A DNA stretch of 64,000 nucleotides, taken from assembly GCA_041690295.1 (NCBI GenBank), contig JAWLHR010000003.1, positions 64,001 to 128,000 on the forward strand. Direction: 5' to 3'. Position 1 is the stretch's first letter, and every line of letters starts with the position of its first letter. The position numbers and the translations under genes were made by a program. Shown here piece after piece: positions 30,344-40,257 of this stretch. The DNA comes from Bdellovibrionales bacterium (GTDB taxonomy: Bacteria > Bdellovibrionota > Bdellovibrionia > Bdellovibrionales > UBA1609). The notes beneath the pieces were generated by a model, which saw only the letters and a list, made by a program, of their open reading frames with translations, did no database searches and was not told the DNA's origin.

Positions 30344-31732
30344 TCACACCCCTGTGATATTGTGGATTCGGCTCTCCAAATCCTCGATATCACGTTTGAT
30401 TTCTGAATCTTTATTCAGTTGATCTTCAATTCGACGCAAGGCGTTCATTACCGTGGTGTGGTCCTTTCCACCGAAGGATCGCCCGATGTCCACCAGGGAT
30501 TTATCGAGGTGTTTCTTCACCAGGTACATGGCCACTTGACGCGCAACCACCAAAGGTTTTGTACGTGTCTTGGATTTCAAATCGGGAATCCGAACTTTGT
30601 AGTGATCGGCGACAAGCTTTTGAATGTCGTCGATGGTGATCGTGGCGACGTCGTCATGGGTGGAGAGCACCCGCTTCACCAAGTCGAGATCGATGGGCAC
30701 GCCCTGAAGTTCGGAGAACATTTTGATCTTATTCAAGTTCCCTTCAAGTTCCCGAATGGATCGCTTGGAAATGCGGGCCACATAGGCCACGACGTCATTA
30801 CTCAAATAAATATTCTTACGCTCGGCTTTGTACTTAAGAATCGCCACCCGTGTCTCGATATCGGGCATTTGGATGTCGGCGATTAAGCCCCATTCCAGCC
30901 GGGTACGGATGCGATCTTCCAAACCTTTAATGTCTTTGGGCATACGGTCGGAGGCCACAATGACTTGTTGATCCTTCTCGAAGAAGTCGTTGAGCGTATG
31001 GAAGAATTCCTCTTGAACCGCTTCACCACGCCCCAAAATTTGGATGTCGTCCATCAGCAACACGTCACATTGGTGACGGTATCGCTGCCGAAATCGATCC
31101 ATTTCATTGCGCCGAATGCTCGAAATACATTCATTGAGAAAACGCTCCGCCGAGACGTAAAGAATGCGGGAATGTGGGTAATGCTCCCGGATGTGGTTTC
31201 CTACGGCGTTAAGGAGGTGTGTCTTCCCCATCCCCGTCGGACCGCAGATGAAAAGCGGGTTGTAGTTTTCCTGACCGGGTCTTTGCGCAATGCTGAAGGA
31301 TGCGGCATGTGCGAATTCATTATTCCGGCCGACCACGAAGGTGGAAAATGTATAGTCCGCATTGAGCATGTCCCGGTGGGATCCTGAACTCGAACCCGAC
31401 ACACCTGAATCTATAACCGGAACCGTGATTTCGGGTTCCGGCGTGGAATCCGGCGTCGTCGAGGCTCCTTGGCCGGTGACGACCAGCTCGATCTGAAAGG
31501 GATTCTGATAAAGCGCTGAAATTTCCGAGCAGATTCTCTCGAGTAAATTTTGCGAGATCCAAAATTTGTGCAATTCCGTGGGTACACCGAGAGTGAAACA
31601 ACGTCCGGAACTACGGTCCTCCACACTCACCAGAGAGGTGGGCTCAAACCACATCTGCAAAGGCTTATTATTTTGATTCTTCGCCTTTAAGCTGGATTTA
31701 ATTTGATGCCAGAATTCCTGCTGAGAATTCAC
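30344..31732 (-). CDS. dnaA: Chromosomal replication initiator DnaA
   Basis: 'YNPLFICGPTGMGKTHLL', 'LLMDDIQ', 'RELEG', 'GGKDHTTV'; GTG start. Confidence 0.98.
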   Translation of the reverse strand: MNSQQEFWHQIKSSLKAKNQNNKPLQMWFEPTSLVSVEDRSSGRCFTLGVPTELHKFWISQNLLERICSEISALYQNPFQIELVVTGQGASTTPDSTPEPEITVPVIDSGVSGSSSGSHRDMLNADYTFSTFVVGRNNEFAHAASFSIAQRPGQENYNPLFICGPTGMGKTHLLNAVGNHIREHYPHSRILYVSAERFLNECISSIRRNEMDRFRQRYRHQCDVLLMDDIQILGRGEAVQEEFFHTLNDFFEKDQQVIVASDRMPKDIKGLEDRIRTRLEWGLIADIQMPDIETRVAILKYKAERKNIYLSNDVVAYVARISKRSIRELEGNLNKIKMFSELQGVPIDLDLVKRVLSTHDDVATITIDDIQKLVADHYKVRIPDLKSKTRTKPLVVARQVAMYLVKKHLDKSLVDIGRSFGGKDHTTVMNALRRIEDQLNKDSEIKRDIEDLESRIHNITGV

Positions 31733-31753
31733 TCGATGCCCCCACCTGAATTT

Positions 31754-31762
31754 TGTGGATAA
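31754..31762. promoter_or_regulatory. DnaA box upstream of dnaA (probable autoregulation)
   Basis: Perfect TGTGGATAA about 20 nt upstream of the dnaA start. Confidence 0.8.
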
Positions 31763-31944
31763 GAGTTCAACTAGGTAGCATTGGTGGAAAAAACTTTCAA
31801 TGATTTGAAAGGTCTAGACGGTCGTGATGAAGTTTGGGGCAGTGCCAAAATATCCAGCAATTGAGTCAAGCTGTTAACTTGACTCGAAAATTGGCCTTGT
31901 GCTTTATTGGCGCGTCAGGTCGTTAACTCAATGGAGTCCGCATA

Positions 31945-32097
31945 ATGTCTAAACGTACGTATCAGCCGAGCCGTCGCCGGCGTAAAAAAACCCATGGTTT
32001 TCGTTCTCGAATGGCCGACAAAAACGGCCGTAAGGTTCTTTCACGTCGCCGCGCCAAGGGACGCAAACGTTTAACCGTGGATATTGGTGGCAAGTAG
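31945..32097 (+). CDS. rpmH: 50S ribosomal protein L34 (not in ORF track)
   Basis: Manual translation [56 protein letters not shown]. Confidence 0.97.
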   Translation: MSKRTYQPSRRRRKKTHGFRSRMADKNGRKVLSRRRAKGRKRLTVDIGGK

Positions 32098-32452
32098 TTC
32101 TCGCTTTCGATCCCTCACGCGCCGGAGGGATTTTCTTGAATTAAGAGAAAAAGGCAAAGTCATGCATGTGAATGCGTGGATGCGAGTGGATTGGCGGCGC
32201 AGCCCTAACACTTATGTGCGGTGCGGGTGGACCGTGCCTGGTTACGTGGGATCAGCGGTTCTGCGAAATCGATTTAAGCGTTGGGGACGTGAATATATGA
32301 GGAAGTGGGCTCGTTCCCACTCCGTGGGATTGGATATGAACGTGGTATTAAAGCGCAAAGATCCCGAGTTTTATCGGTCTTTACGCCATAAGGAGTTCGT
32401 TCGTGCACTGGAGACAATGGTGGGAAAGCTGCAACGATCGATGGGCTCGTAG
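32087..32452 (+). CDS. rnpA: Ribonuclease P protein component
   Basis: '[15 protein letters not shown]' RNR motif; follows rpmH. Confidence 0.92.
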   Translation: MASSSRFRSLTRRRDFLELREKGKVMHVNAWMRVDWRRSPNTYVRCGWTVPGYVGSAVLRNRFKRWGREYMRKWARSHSVGLDMNVVLKRKDPEFYRSLRHKEFVRALETMVGKLQRSMGS

Positions 32453-32453
32453 C

Positions 32454-32678
32454 GTGCGCGCAGCCGCTTTGTTCCTCATTCAAGTCTACCGCGTGAATTT
32501 TTCTGGTTTGCTGGGCGGCATTTGCCGGTTTCAGCCGACTTGCTCCACTTACGCTAAGGAATGTTTTGAAACCCACCCGCCTTTAAGGGCCTTTTGGCTT
32601 ACTCTGCGTCGTCTCGCGAAATGTCATCCGCTTGGACCATTTGGTTTTGATCCCGTGCCGGAAAGGAAATCGAAGTGA
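32454..32678 (+). CDS. yidD: Membrane protein insertion efficiency factor YidD
   Basis: 'CRFQPTCSTY', 'KCHPLGPFGFDPVP'; start uncertain (GTG 32454 or upstream). Confidence 0.92.
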   Translation: MRAAALFLIQVYRVNFSGLLGGICRFQPTCSTYAKECFETHPPLRAFWLTLRRLAKCHPLGPFGFDPVPERKSK

Positions 32679-34285
32679 ACAACCAAGAGCAGCAGAATTT
32701 CTTTGATTTGCGCACCATCCTGGCGGTGTTGCTCGTGGCCGTTACATTTGTTGGTTGGCAGTATTACATGCAAATGAAGTATCCCAACCTGGGTAAGAAA
32801 ACGGCCCCGGTCACGACCGAATCAAAAACGGAAACCCCGGCGCCCTCTGTGGAGACCCAAGCCACCACGGAATCCATCTCCGAAGCCAAACCCGAATCCG
32901 CTCGGCCGGTCGATGTTCCGGAAACCACGTTGACCTATGAGAATCCGAATTTCAGCTTTGAAATTTTGTCCCAGGGAATGGGGGTTCGGAACTTCAAAAT
33001 TCCGCAATACAAAGATCGCAAGGGCGAGGTGATTGAACTCGCTCATCCCACGTCGATGCTCGCGTTGGAAACACGCTTGTTGGGCACCGCTGAACCGCTC
33101 CCGTTTAAAATCGAAAAAATCAGCGACAATCACTTTGTCGGTAAAGCGCAGGTCGGCGGATTACAGATCACAAAAACCATGGAAGTGATCCCCGAGCGGT
33201 ATTTGTTGAACTTCAAAGTCGCCGTCTCCGGAACGGAAAATAAATTCATCGGCCTGACGACCGCGATGACCGACAGGGTTGAAAAGATCGAAGGTGGAAG
33301 TTTTCTTCTTCCTCAGTTTGAACGCCACGAATTTTTTGTTGAAACGGCCGAGACCGATGACCGTGTGATCTTCAGTAAAGAAGATCTTCAAGAATCATGG
33401 AATCGCACCCGAATCGCCTCGATTGGGACGCAATACTTCACTCAGGCGGTGATCGATAATTCGTCCGTCATGCCGGAAGCCAAAGCGCGTGTGGACCACA
33501 AAGCTCAGGAAGCGGACATTTTACTGAATTATTCGGCCTTGAACTCATCCGGTGAATTCAAACTGGAATATTCGGCGTTCATCGGACCCAAATCTTACAC
33601 GATCCTCAGTGAAGTGGATCAAGGGCTCGCTCGCGTGGTGGACTTCGGCTTTTTCGAGTCCATCGCCCGGCAGATTCTTTTGATGCTGAAATGGTTTTAC
33701 GGTTTGGTCGGAAACTGGGGCGTGGCGATCATTCTGCTGACGATCCTCGTTCGATTCCTGGTGCTTCCGTTCAATATATATTCTTACAAATCCATGAAGG
33801 CCATGCAGGTCATTCAACCCCAAATGCAAGCCATCCGCGAGAAATACAAGAATGACCAGGCTAAACAGCAGCAGGAAATCATGGCTTTAATGCGGGAACA
33901 TAAGGTCAATCCACTTGGTGGATGTTTACCGGTACTACTCCAATTCCCTATATTTATTGCATTATACCAGGTCCTCGGAAACAGTATTGAGCTGTATCAA
34001 GCCCCTTTTGGCCTCTGGATTCACGATCTTTCCTTGAAAGATCCCTATTACATCTTGCCCGTGTTAATGGGGCTCACTATCTTCATCCAGCAAAAGATCA
34101 CGCCGAATACGATGGATCCGGCGCAGGCTAAAATTATGATGATGATGCCGATACTTTTTACATTTTTCATGCTTTCGCTCCCCAGCGGTTTAACTCTCTA
34201 TATGTTCGTTGGGGCGGTGTTTAGCGTACTTCAACAACTGTATTTCATGCGGGATTCGAAACCGCTTTTGAAACCAAGGGGATAA
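32675..34285 (+). CDS. yidC: Membrane protein insertase YidC
   Basis: 'GNWGVAIILLT', 'NPLGGCLP', 'WIHDLS..DPYYILP', 'PSGLTLY'. Confidence 0.97.
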   Translation: MNNQEQQNFFDLRTILAVLLVAVTFVGWQYYMQMKYPNLGKKTAPVTTESKTETPAPSVETQATTESISEAKPESARPVDVPETTLTYENPNFSFEILSQGMGVRNFKIPQYKDRKGEVIELAHPTSMLALETRLLGTAEPLPFKIEKISDNHFVGKAQVGGLQITKTMEVIPERYLLNFKVAVSGTENKFIGLTTAMTDRVEKIEGGSFLLPQFERHEFFVETAETDDRVIFSKEDLQESWNRTRIASIGTQYFTQAVIDNSSVMPEAKARVDHKAQEADILLNYSALNSSGEFKLEYSAFIGPKSYTILSEVDQGLARVVDFGFFESIARQILLMLKWFYGLVGNWGVAIILLTILVRFLVLPFNIYSYKSMKAMQVIQPQMQAIREKYKNDQAKQQQEIMALMREHKVNPLGGCLPVLLQFPIFIALYQVLGNSIELYQAPFGLWIHDLSLKDPYYILPVLMGLTIFIQQKITPNTMDPAQAKIMMMMPILFTFFMLSLPSGLTLYMFVGAVFSVLQQLYFMRDSKPLLKPRG

Positions 34286-34300
34286 ATAGGAGAATTGTCT

Positions 34301-34843
34301 ATGACGGGACTGTTAGGGAAGCTCTTCGGAAAGAAGACGAAAAAGGGTGAGGGACCTGAGGGATTGGTGGAAGAAATTCTCGGCCGCGTGATTGAATTGG
34401 GCCGTTTTGATCTTGGCTTTGAGGTAAAGACTCTCGCTGATGGCACGATTCACGCGGATATTTTCGGAAAAGACGAAGAGCTTTTAACTTCCAAAGAAGG
34501 TCAGCTGTTGGATGCTTTCCAACTTTATGTCCGGCGCGCGGTTCAACACCAGCTGCCCGATGACCCGATCACCGTGAATTTGGATTGCTCCAATTTCCGT
34601 GAAGAAGCCAATGAGGCGCTGATCGCTTTGGCCGAGAAATTGAAAGGCATTGCGCTTGAGAAAGGAAAGTCGGTTTACTTCCGGGCGTTGCCTCCCAAGG
34701 ATCGTAAGGTCATTCACCAATACCTTGCGGAAGATGGCCGAGTAAAAAGCCGCTCGATAGGCGAAGGCCATTTCAAGAAGATAAAAATATATCCGGCGAA
34801 GGAATCCGCTGAGCAACAAGATGAGGTCTTTGAACAGAGATAA
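34301..34843 (+). CDS. Jag/KhpB (EloR)-like RNA-binding protein, KH plus R3H
   Basis: 'G..LDAFQ' KH region and R3H 'DRKVIH..L'; position between yidC and mnmE. Confidence 0.85.
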   Translation: MTGLLGKLFGKKTKKGEGPEGLVEEILGRVIELGRFDLGFEVKTLADGTIHADIFGKDEELLTSKEGQLLDAFQLYVRRAVQHQLPDDPITVNLDCSNFREEANEALIALAEKLKGIALEKGKSVYFRALPPKDRKVIHQYLAEDGRVKSRSIGEGHFKKIKIYPAKESAEQQDEVFEQR

Positions 34844-36188
34844 AGACACAATTTGCGCCACGGCCACGGCGCACGGGATAGGGGCCATCTCAGTTATACG
34901 TATTAGCGGTACCGAGGCGGCGAAGATCACGCGCAAAATCGCCGCCTTCCTCCCCGAAAACTTGGAGTCTCATAAAATTTATTATGGTGTTTTACGGGAT
35001 AAATCAGGATCTCCAATCGATGAGGTCCTGTTGTCTTATTTCGCCAAAGGCCGAAGTTTTACCGGTGAAGAAACCATTGAAATTTCCTGTCACGGCAGCG
35101 AACTCGTCACCAGTGAAATCTTGCGTGAGCTTATCAGCAACGGCGCGAGGCTCGCTGAACGGGGTGAATTCACTTACCGTGCGTTCATGAACGGCCGGCT
35201 GGATTTGGTTCAAGCCGAAAGTGTATTGGCGTTGATTGAAAGCCGATCCAAGCGGGCCAGTTCGCTGGCGCTGCGGCAACTTCAAGGGGAACTATCCCGT
35301 CATTTAAAAGGTTTTGTTGATTCACTGACTTGGATTCTCGCTCAGCTGGAAGCCAATATTGATTTCGCCAGCGAAGACATCGTGATCGCTTCGAATGACC
35401 AATTGCGGTCGCGGGCGAGTCAGCTTTTGAGCGAGGTGGACAGATTGTTGCGAACTCACCGCACCGGTCGTGTGATTCGGAACGGTTACCAGGTGCTTTT
35501 GGTCGGCCGTCCGAATGCGGGAAAGTCGAGTTTGTTGAATTCACTGGTTGAAGAAGAGCGCGCGATTGTAACGCCCATCGCGGGAACGACGCGCGACTTT
35601 GTCGAAGCCGAATTGCAAGTGGAAGGCGCGCGGGTTTTATTAATTGATAGCGCCGGCTTGCGTGTGACCGATGATCCGGTTGAGAAGATCGGCGTTGAGC
35701 GTACATTGGCCAAAGTCAAAGAAGTGGATCTGGTCTTCTATGTGACTGATTCCTCGGAAGGGATCGGCGCGGAAGATCGCGAATTTTTCAGTCAGTGGGA
35801 TTGGGATCGTTGTGTCGTGGTGGCCAACAAGTCGGATCTTAATCCAGATTGGCAGTGGCGCGAGAACCTGAAACCGGTTTCGATTTTGAAAACCAGTGTG
35901 GTGAACCGCGAAGGGTTGCGGGAGTTGCGAGGAATTTTGGCGGAACGTATTCGAAATGAATTGGCCGAAGATTCGACTCTATTAATTCATGCCCGTCACC
36001 AGCAGAATCTAGAAATCCTTAAGCGAAGTCTTGAGGATGTCATTCCGATGCTTGAACGTGGTGAGAGCCCGGACTTGATCGCCCTGGAATTGCAGACCGG
36101 CCTTCAGGCTCTCTATGAAATCCTGGGTTTGACTTACGATGACCAAGTCATGGACCGGGTGTTTTCCGAGTTTTGTTTGGGGAAATAA
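34821..36188 (+). CDS. mnmE: tRNA modification GTPase MnmE
   Basis: 'GRPNAGKSS', 'GTTRD', 'DSAG', 'NKSD', C-terminal 'FCLGK'. Confidence 0.97.
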   Translation: MRSLNRDKDTICATATAHGIGAISVIRISGTEAAKITRKIAAFLPENLESHKIYYGVLRDKSGSPIDEVLLSYFAKGRSFTGEETIEISCHGSELVTSEILRELISNGARLAERGEFTYRAFMNGRLDLVQAESVLALIESRSKRASSLALRQLQGELSRHLKGFVDSLTWILAQLEANIDFASEDIVIASNDQLRSRASQLLSEVDRLLRTHRTGRVIRNGYQVLLVGRPNAGKSSLLNSLVEEERAIVTPIAGTTRDFVEAELQVEGARVLLIDSAGLRVTDDPVEKIGVERTLAKVKEVDLVFYVTDSSEGIGAEDREFFSQWDWDRCVVVANKSDLNPDWQWRENLKPVSILKTSVVNREGLRELRGILAERIRNELAEDSTLLIHARHQQNLEILKRSLEDVIPMLERGESPDLIALELQTGLQALYEILGLTYDDQVMDRVFSEFCLGK

Positions 36189-36189
36189 G

Positions 36190-38070
36190 ATGGCTCGCGA
36201 TTTTGACGTCATTGTTGTCGGAGCCGGACACGCGGGCATTGAGGCGGCCCTGGCCTGCGCTCGTTTGAATATGTCCACACTGGTGATCACGACCAACTTG
36301 GACCGCATTGGTTACATGAGCTGCAATCCTTCAATCGGCGGATTGGGCAAAGGTCACATGGTTCGTGAGATCGATGTCTTGGGTGGCGCGATGGGTGAGG
36401 CCGCGGATGCAACCTGCATTCAATTCAAGCGTCTGAACGCCCGCAAAGGTCCAGCCGTTCGTGGCTCACGGGCCCAATGCGATAAAGATCTTTACTGCGA
36501 ATTCATGGGTCGACGCCTGCAAAGCACTCCAAACATCCAGGTCATGCAGAACGAAGCCACCTCGTTAATCATTGAAAACGGAGTTTGCCGGGGTGTCGTC
36601 ACTCAAGACGGAGTTCGCATTCAATCGAAGGCTGTGGTGATCACCACCGGAACCTTCATGAATGGTGTGATGCACATTGGATTAAAGCGACTTCCCGGTG
36701 GACGAATTGGTGATCGAGCCACCAAGGGTATTTCGGATCAGTTGCGTGAGATGGGTTTCAAAGTCACTCGACTTAAGACCGGAACTCCGGCGCGGCTGGA
36801 GCGCGATTCGATTGATTGGTCGAAAACCATACCCCAATGGGGTGATGAGAAGTTTGTTCCCTTCTCAATGCTAAGCCCGAAGTCGCCCGCACTGCCCCAG
36901 GTGGCCTGCTATTTGAGTTACACCAATGAACAAACCCACGAGATCATCCGGCGTAACCTTGATAAATCACCTATGTTTCTTGGAATTATCGAGGGCATTG
37001 GGCCGCGTTATTGCCCAAGCATCGAGGACAAGGTCACCCGATTTGCGGATAAGGACAAGCATCAGACCTTTCTTGAGCCTGAGGGTTTGAATACGACATC
37101 TATATATTTGCAGGGAATTTCGACCAGTCTGCCGGAAGATGTTCAGTACGAATTTCTTCGGACCATTCCCGGGTTGGAAAATGTGAAGATGATTCGTCCC
37201 GGTTACGCGGTTGAATATGACTTCATCGAGCCGGAGCAGATTAAACACACGCTTGAAACCAAAGAGATTTCCGGTCTTTACCTTGCTGGTCAAATTAACG
37301 GAACAAGTGGATATGAGGAGGCCGCGGCTCAGGGTTTGGTGGCGGGCGCCAATGCCGCTCTTAAAATTTTGGATCGCGAGGAAATGATCTTGCGACGAGA
37401 TCAGGCCTATATCGGTGTTTTGATCGATGATTTGGTGACCAAAGGCACCAAAGAACCGTACCGAATGATGACCTCAAGGGCGGAGTTCCGGTTAGTTTTA
37501 AGAGAGGACAATACAATTGAGCGCTTAGCTGATGTCGGACGCCGTTTTGGTCTGACCGATTCGATCCGACTTGAGCGCGCGGGGGTGATTTTGACGCAGC
37601 GGGAACGCCTTTTGCGCCAGTTGGATGAAAGTGTTCTTGTGCCGAATGAGGAGACGCAAAATCAGCTCCGTGAAATGGGCACACCCGTATTGCAAAAACC
37701 CATAAAGGCCGCTGACTTACTTCGACGCGAAGAGATTGATTGTTTGGCTTTGAGACGTTTCGGATTGAATGTCCCAGAGGATGAGGACGTGTATGGACCG
37801 GTTGAGATTCATGTGAAGTACTCGGGTTACATCAAGCGTCAAAGTGAGATGATAGAACAGGCACGTAAACTGGAGAAAATGGGTCTACCATCCGATTTAG
37901 TGTATGAGGAGGTTCGCGGACTGTCTCGAGAAGAGATAGAGAAGCTAAATCGCGTTCGTCCACGTTCATTAGGGCAAGCGCAAAGAATCAGTGGGGTTAA
38001 CCCGTCCGCGATTCAGGCATTGTTGGTTTACCTCAAGGGTCGGAATCTTATAGAGGGGAGTTGCCCGTAA
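36190..38070 (+). CDS. mnmG: tRNA uridine 5-carboxymethylaminomethyl modification enzyme MnmG
   Basis: 'GAGHAG', 'MSCNPSIGG', '[11 protein letters not shown]', '[13 protein letters not shown]'. Confidence 0.98.
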   Translation: MARDFDVIVVGAGHAGIEAALACARLNMSTLVITTNLDRIGYMSCNPSIGGLGKGHMVREIDVLGGAMGEAADATCIQFKRLNARKGPAVRGSRAQCDKDLYCEFMGRRLQSTPNIQVMQNEATSLIIENGVCRGVVTQDGVRIQSKAVVITTGTFMNGVMHIGLKRLPGGRIGDRATKGISDQLREMGFKVTRLKTGTPARLERDSIDWSKTIPQWGDEKFVPFSMLSPKSPALPQVACYLSYTNEQTHEIIRRNLDKSPMFLGIIEGIGPRYCPSIEDKVTRFADKDKHQTFLEPEGLNTTSIYLQGISTSLPEDVQYEFLRTIPGLENVKMIRPGYAVEYDFIEPEQIKHTLETKEISGLYLAGQINGTSGYEEAAAQGLVAGANAALKILDREEMILRRDQAYIGVLIDDLVTKGTKEPYRMMTSRAEFRLVLREDNTIERLADVGRRFGLTDSIRLERAGVILTQRERLLRQLDESVLVPNEETQNQLREMGTPVLQKPIKAADLLRREEIDCLALRRFGLNVPEDEDVYGPVEIHVKYSGYIKRQSEMIEQARKLEKMGLPSDLVYEEVRGLSREEIEKLNRVRPRSLGQAQRISGVNPSAIQALLVYLKGRNLIEGSCP

Positions 38071-38738
38071 TGAATGGGTCGCCACGACAGCCGAATGATG
38101 CTGATAACGCTATGTGGCGACTTGGTCAGTGGTTCCCTGACTTGCCTGAGAACATCCACACTTCATTGAAGACCTATCATTCAGAGCTTCTTAAGTTTAA
38201 TGGCAAGCTCAACCTGATTTCCCGGGCTACGGAGCGCGAAGCGGATGAAATTCACTTTGCTGACAGTCTTTCCGCTGTCCAGATGATTTTGGCCACTGGA
38301 ATTAAGAGTGACGTTTATGATGTGGGCTCAGGAAATGGACTTCCCGGAGTTGTTTTGGGTGTAGTTAGCCCAAGCACGAAGGTTTTCCTGGTTGAGAGTG
38401 ATATGAGGAAGGGTGAATTCCTAAAGCATATCATTCACACGCTCCACCTCTCGAATGTGAGTGTATTGAGTGCTCGGCTGGAATCCTTGAAGGATACCGA
38501 TATTCAGGTCGGAGTTGCGCGAGGTTTTGCTTCGATTGCGAAGACTTTGTTGGTTTGCAATCGGCTTTTTGCCAAGGGTGGCCGATTTTTCCATCTAAAA
38601 GGGGCCACTTGGTCTCGGGAGATCGCTGATATTCCGTCGCAACTCATTTCAGTATGGGCGCCGGAGTTGATTGGCGAATACTCATTGCCGGTGAGCCAAG
38701 CTCGTCGCGCTGTCGTCTGCACGACCAAAACAGCTTAG
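38070..38738 (+). CDS. rsmG: 16S rRNA m7G527 methyltransferase RsmG
   Basis: 'NLISR', 'HFADS', 'DVGSGNGLPG', 'ARGF'; follows mnmG. Confidence 0.92.
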   Translation: MNGSPRQPNDADNAMWRLGQWFPDLPENIHTSLKTYHSELLKFNGKLNLISRATEREADEIHFADSLSAVQMILATGIKSDVYDVGSGNGLPGVVLGVVSPSTKVFLVESDMRKGEFLKHIIHTLHLSNVSVLSARLESLKDTDIQVGVARGFASIAKTLLVCNRLFAKGGRFFHLKGATWSREIADIPSQLISVWAPELIGEYSLPVSQARRAVVCTTKTA

Positions 38739-38742
38739 GGAA

Positions 38743-38758
38743 TGTTCCACGTGGAACA
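38743..38758. promoter_or_regulatory. parS: parS site 1
   Basis: Perfect palindrome TGTTCCACGTGGAACA (extends to 38741-38760). Confidence 0.95.
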
Positions 38759-38780
38759 TTTTGAGGTCACCTATCCCCGA

Positions 38781-38796
38781 TGTTCCACGTGGAACA
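38781..38796. promoter_or_regulatory. parS: parS site 2
   Basis: Perfect palindrome TGTTCCACGTGGAACA (extends to 38778-38799). Confidence 0.95.
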
Positions 38797-38803
38797 TCGA
38801 AAA

Positions 38804-39328
38804 TTAGTGTCCCGAACTTGATTGAGTCTCAGATTTTTCTGAATTTTCGGCTTCAGAGGCCTTGGATAGTCGATCTTGGAGCTTGGGTACTCGTGAATTC
38901 CAATTTAAATTCACTTCGCGCATGCGAATATTCACTGAATAGTCAGAATACTCACGTGGGTCAGGCCACTCTTTACCTGCGGCTTTAGCCTCTCGCGCGG
39001 AAATCTTATCCATGACTTTCCGCCGATCCGCTCGAATTCGGAAATATTTGGCCATCTGCTCATTGTGAACGATCGCCTTTTCTGTCTTTGCAATCTCTCT
39101 TCGGATGTCCTTCATGTCCATGGAGTTCGGCTCAATTTTTTCCAGCTTCTCGCGAAGCTCCTTCAACTTCACCTTGGACTCCTCATAGCCCTTCTGATGA
39201 TCAGTGGCTCGCTTATCAAGGTCCTTCCAAATGGGATCGCGCAAATGAGGATTGGGATCCTCACCACTACAGCCCGTGGCAACAAGCACCGTGCAAAAAA
39301 TTAAGAACGCCGTGAAAAAACCACTCAT
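38804..39328 (-). CDS. Hypothetical coiled-coil lipoprotein
   Basis: Signal with 'VATGC' lipobox; charged heptad-like middle region; GAGGGAG SD. Confidence 0.8.
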   Translation of the reverse strand: MSGFFTAFLIFCTVLVATGCSGEDPNPHLRDPIWKDLDKRATDHQKGYEESKVKLKELREKLEKIEPNSMDMKDIRREIAKTEKAIVHNEQMAKYFRIRADRRKVMDKISAREAKAAGKEWPDPREYSDYSVNIRMREVNLNWNSRVPKLQDRLSKASEAENSEKSETQSSSGH

Positions 39329-39359
39329 TTTAACTGGACTGCTCCCTCGCTACATGGAA

Positions 39360-39386
39360 GAATCGGCAGAGATTGATTGATAATTA
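39360..39386 (-). promoter_or_regulatory. Sigma28-like promoter for the lipoprotein gene
   Basis: Minus strand TAAT-N15-GCCGATTC. Confidence 0.5.
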
Positions 39387-39408
39387 AGTCAACATCATCG
39401 AGGAATTC

Positions 39409-40257
39409 ATGGCGAGAATCATCTGTGTGGCTAATCAAAAGGGTGGAGTAGGCAAAACCACGACTTCAGTCAATCTTGCCGCGGCGCTTACTGAGTTAGG
39501 CAAGCGAGTACTCATAGTAGACATGGACCCTCAGGGCAACGCGTCAAGTGGGCTTGGTGTCAAGAGATATGAAAATCAAGAGAAGAATATCTACCAAGTC
39601 CTCATCGGCGAGAAGACTATCCACGTGGCTATTCAGAATACTCAAGTGAATAACCTGGACATTGTTCCAGCGAATCCCGATTTGGTGGGCGCGGAAATCG
39701 AATTGGTCGATATGCCTCATCGTGAATATCGACTTAAGTCCGCCCTCAATGAGGTTCGTGATCGTTACTCCTATATATTAATAGACTGTCCGCCAAGCCT
39801 GGGTCTACTGACAGTGAACTCATTGTCGGCGGCGGAAACATTTTTGGTTCCGCTGCAATGTGAGTACTACGCTCTCGAAGGACTGTCGCAGCTGTTGAAT
39901 ACAGCCGGCCTGATTAAAAAGAGTCTGAATCCAGACCTTCGCATAGAGGGAATCGTACTTACGATGTTCGATGCCCGAAATAATCTTTCCCACCAGGTGG
40001 TGTCTGAAATTCAGTCCCATTTCCAAGACAAAGTTTTCAATGCAATCATCCCGCGGAATGTTCGCTTGAGCGAGGCACCAAGCCACGGCCAGACGATTTT
40101 CCAGTACGATCCCAAATCACTCGGAGCACGTAAATATAAGGAGTTGGCGGAAGAACTGGACCGACGTGTGTATGGTGTGATGAATGTCACTCCACAAGCT
40201 CAGCCCGAGGAGATGGATCCAACACCCACAGTTCATGATGGAGAAGTTCATGTCTGA
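39409..40257 (+). CDS. parA: Chromosome partitioning ATPase ParA/Soj
   Basis: 'NQKGGVGKTT', 'DMDPQGNAS', 'IDCPPSLG', 'IPRNVRLSEAPSHG'. Confidence 0.97.
   Translation: MARIICVANQKGGVGKTTTSVNLAAALTELGKRVLIVDMDPQGNASSGLGVKRYENQEKNIYQVLIGEKTIHVAIQNTQVNNLDIVPANPDLVGAEIELVDMPHREYRLKSALNEVRDRYSYILIDCPPSLGLLTVNSLSAAETFLVPLQCEYYALEGLSQLLNTAGLIKKSLNPDLRIEGIVLTMFDARNNLSHQVVSEIQSHFQDKVFNAIIPRNVRLSEAPSHGQTIFQYDPKSLGARKYKELAEELDRRVYGVMNVTPQAQPEEMDPTPTVHDGEVHV

Noticed and set aside
38741..38799. Two identical palindromic repeats as a possible mini-CRISPR
   Set aside because: Exact parS consensus next to parAB; only two copies; no cas genes
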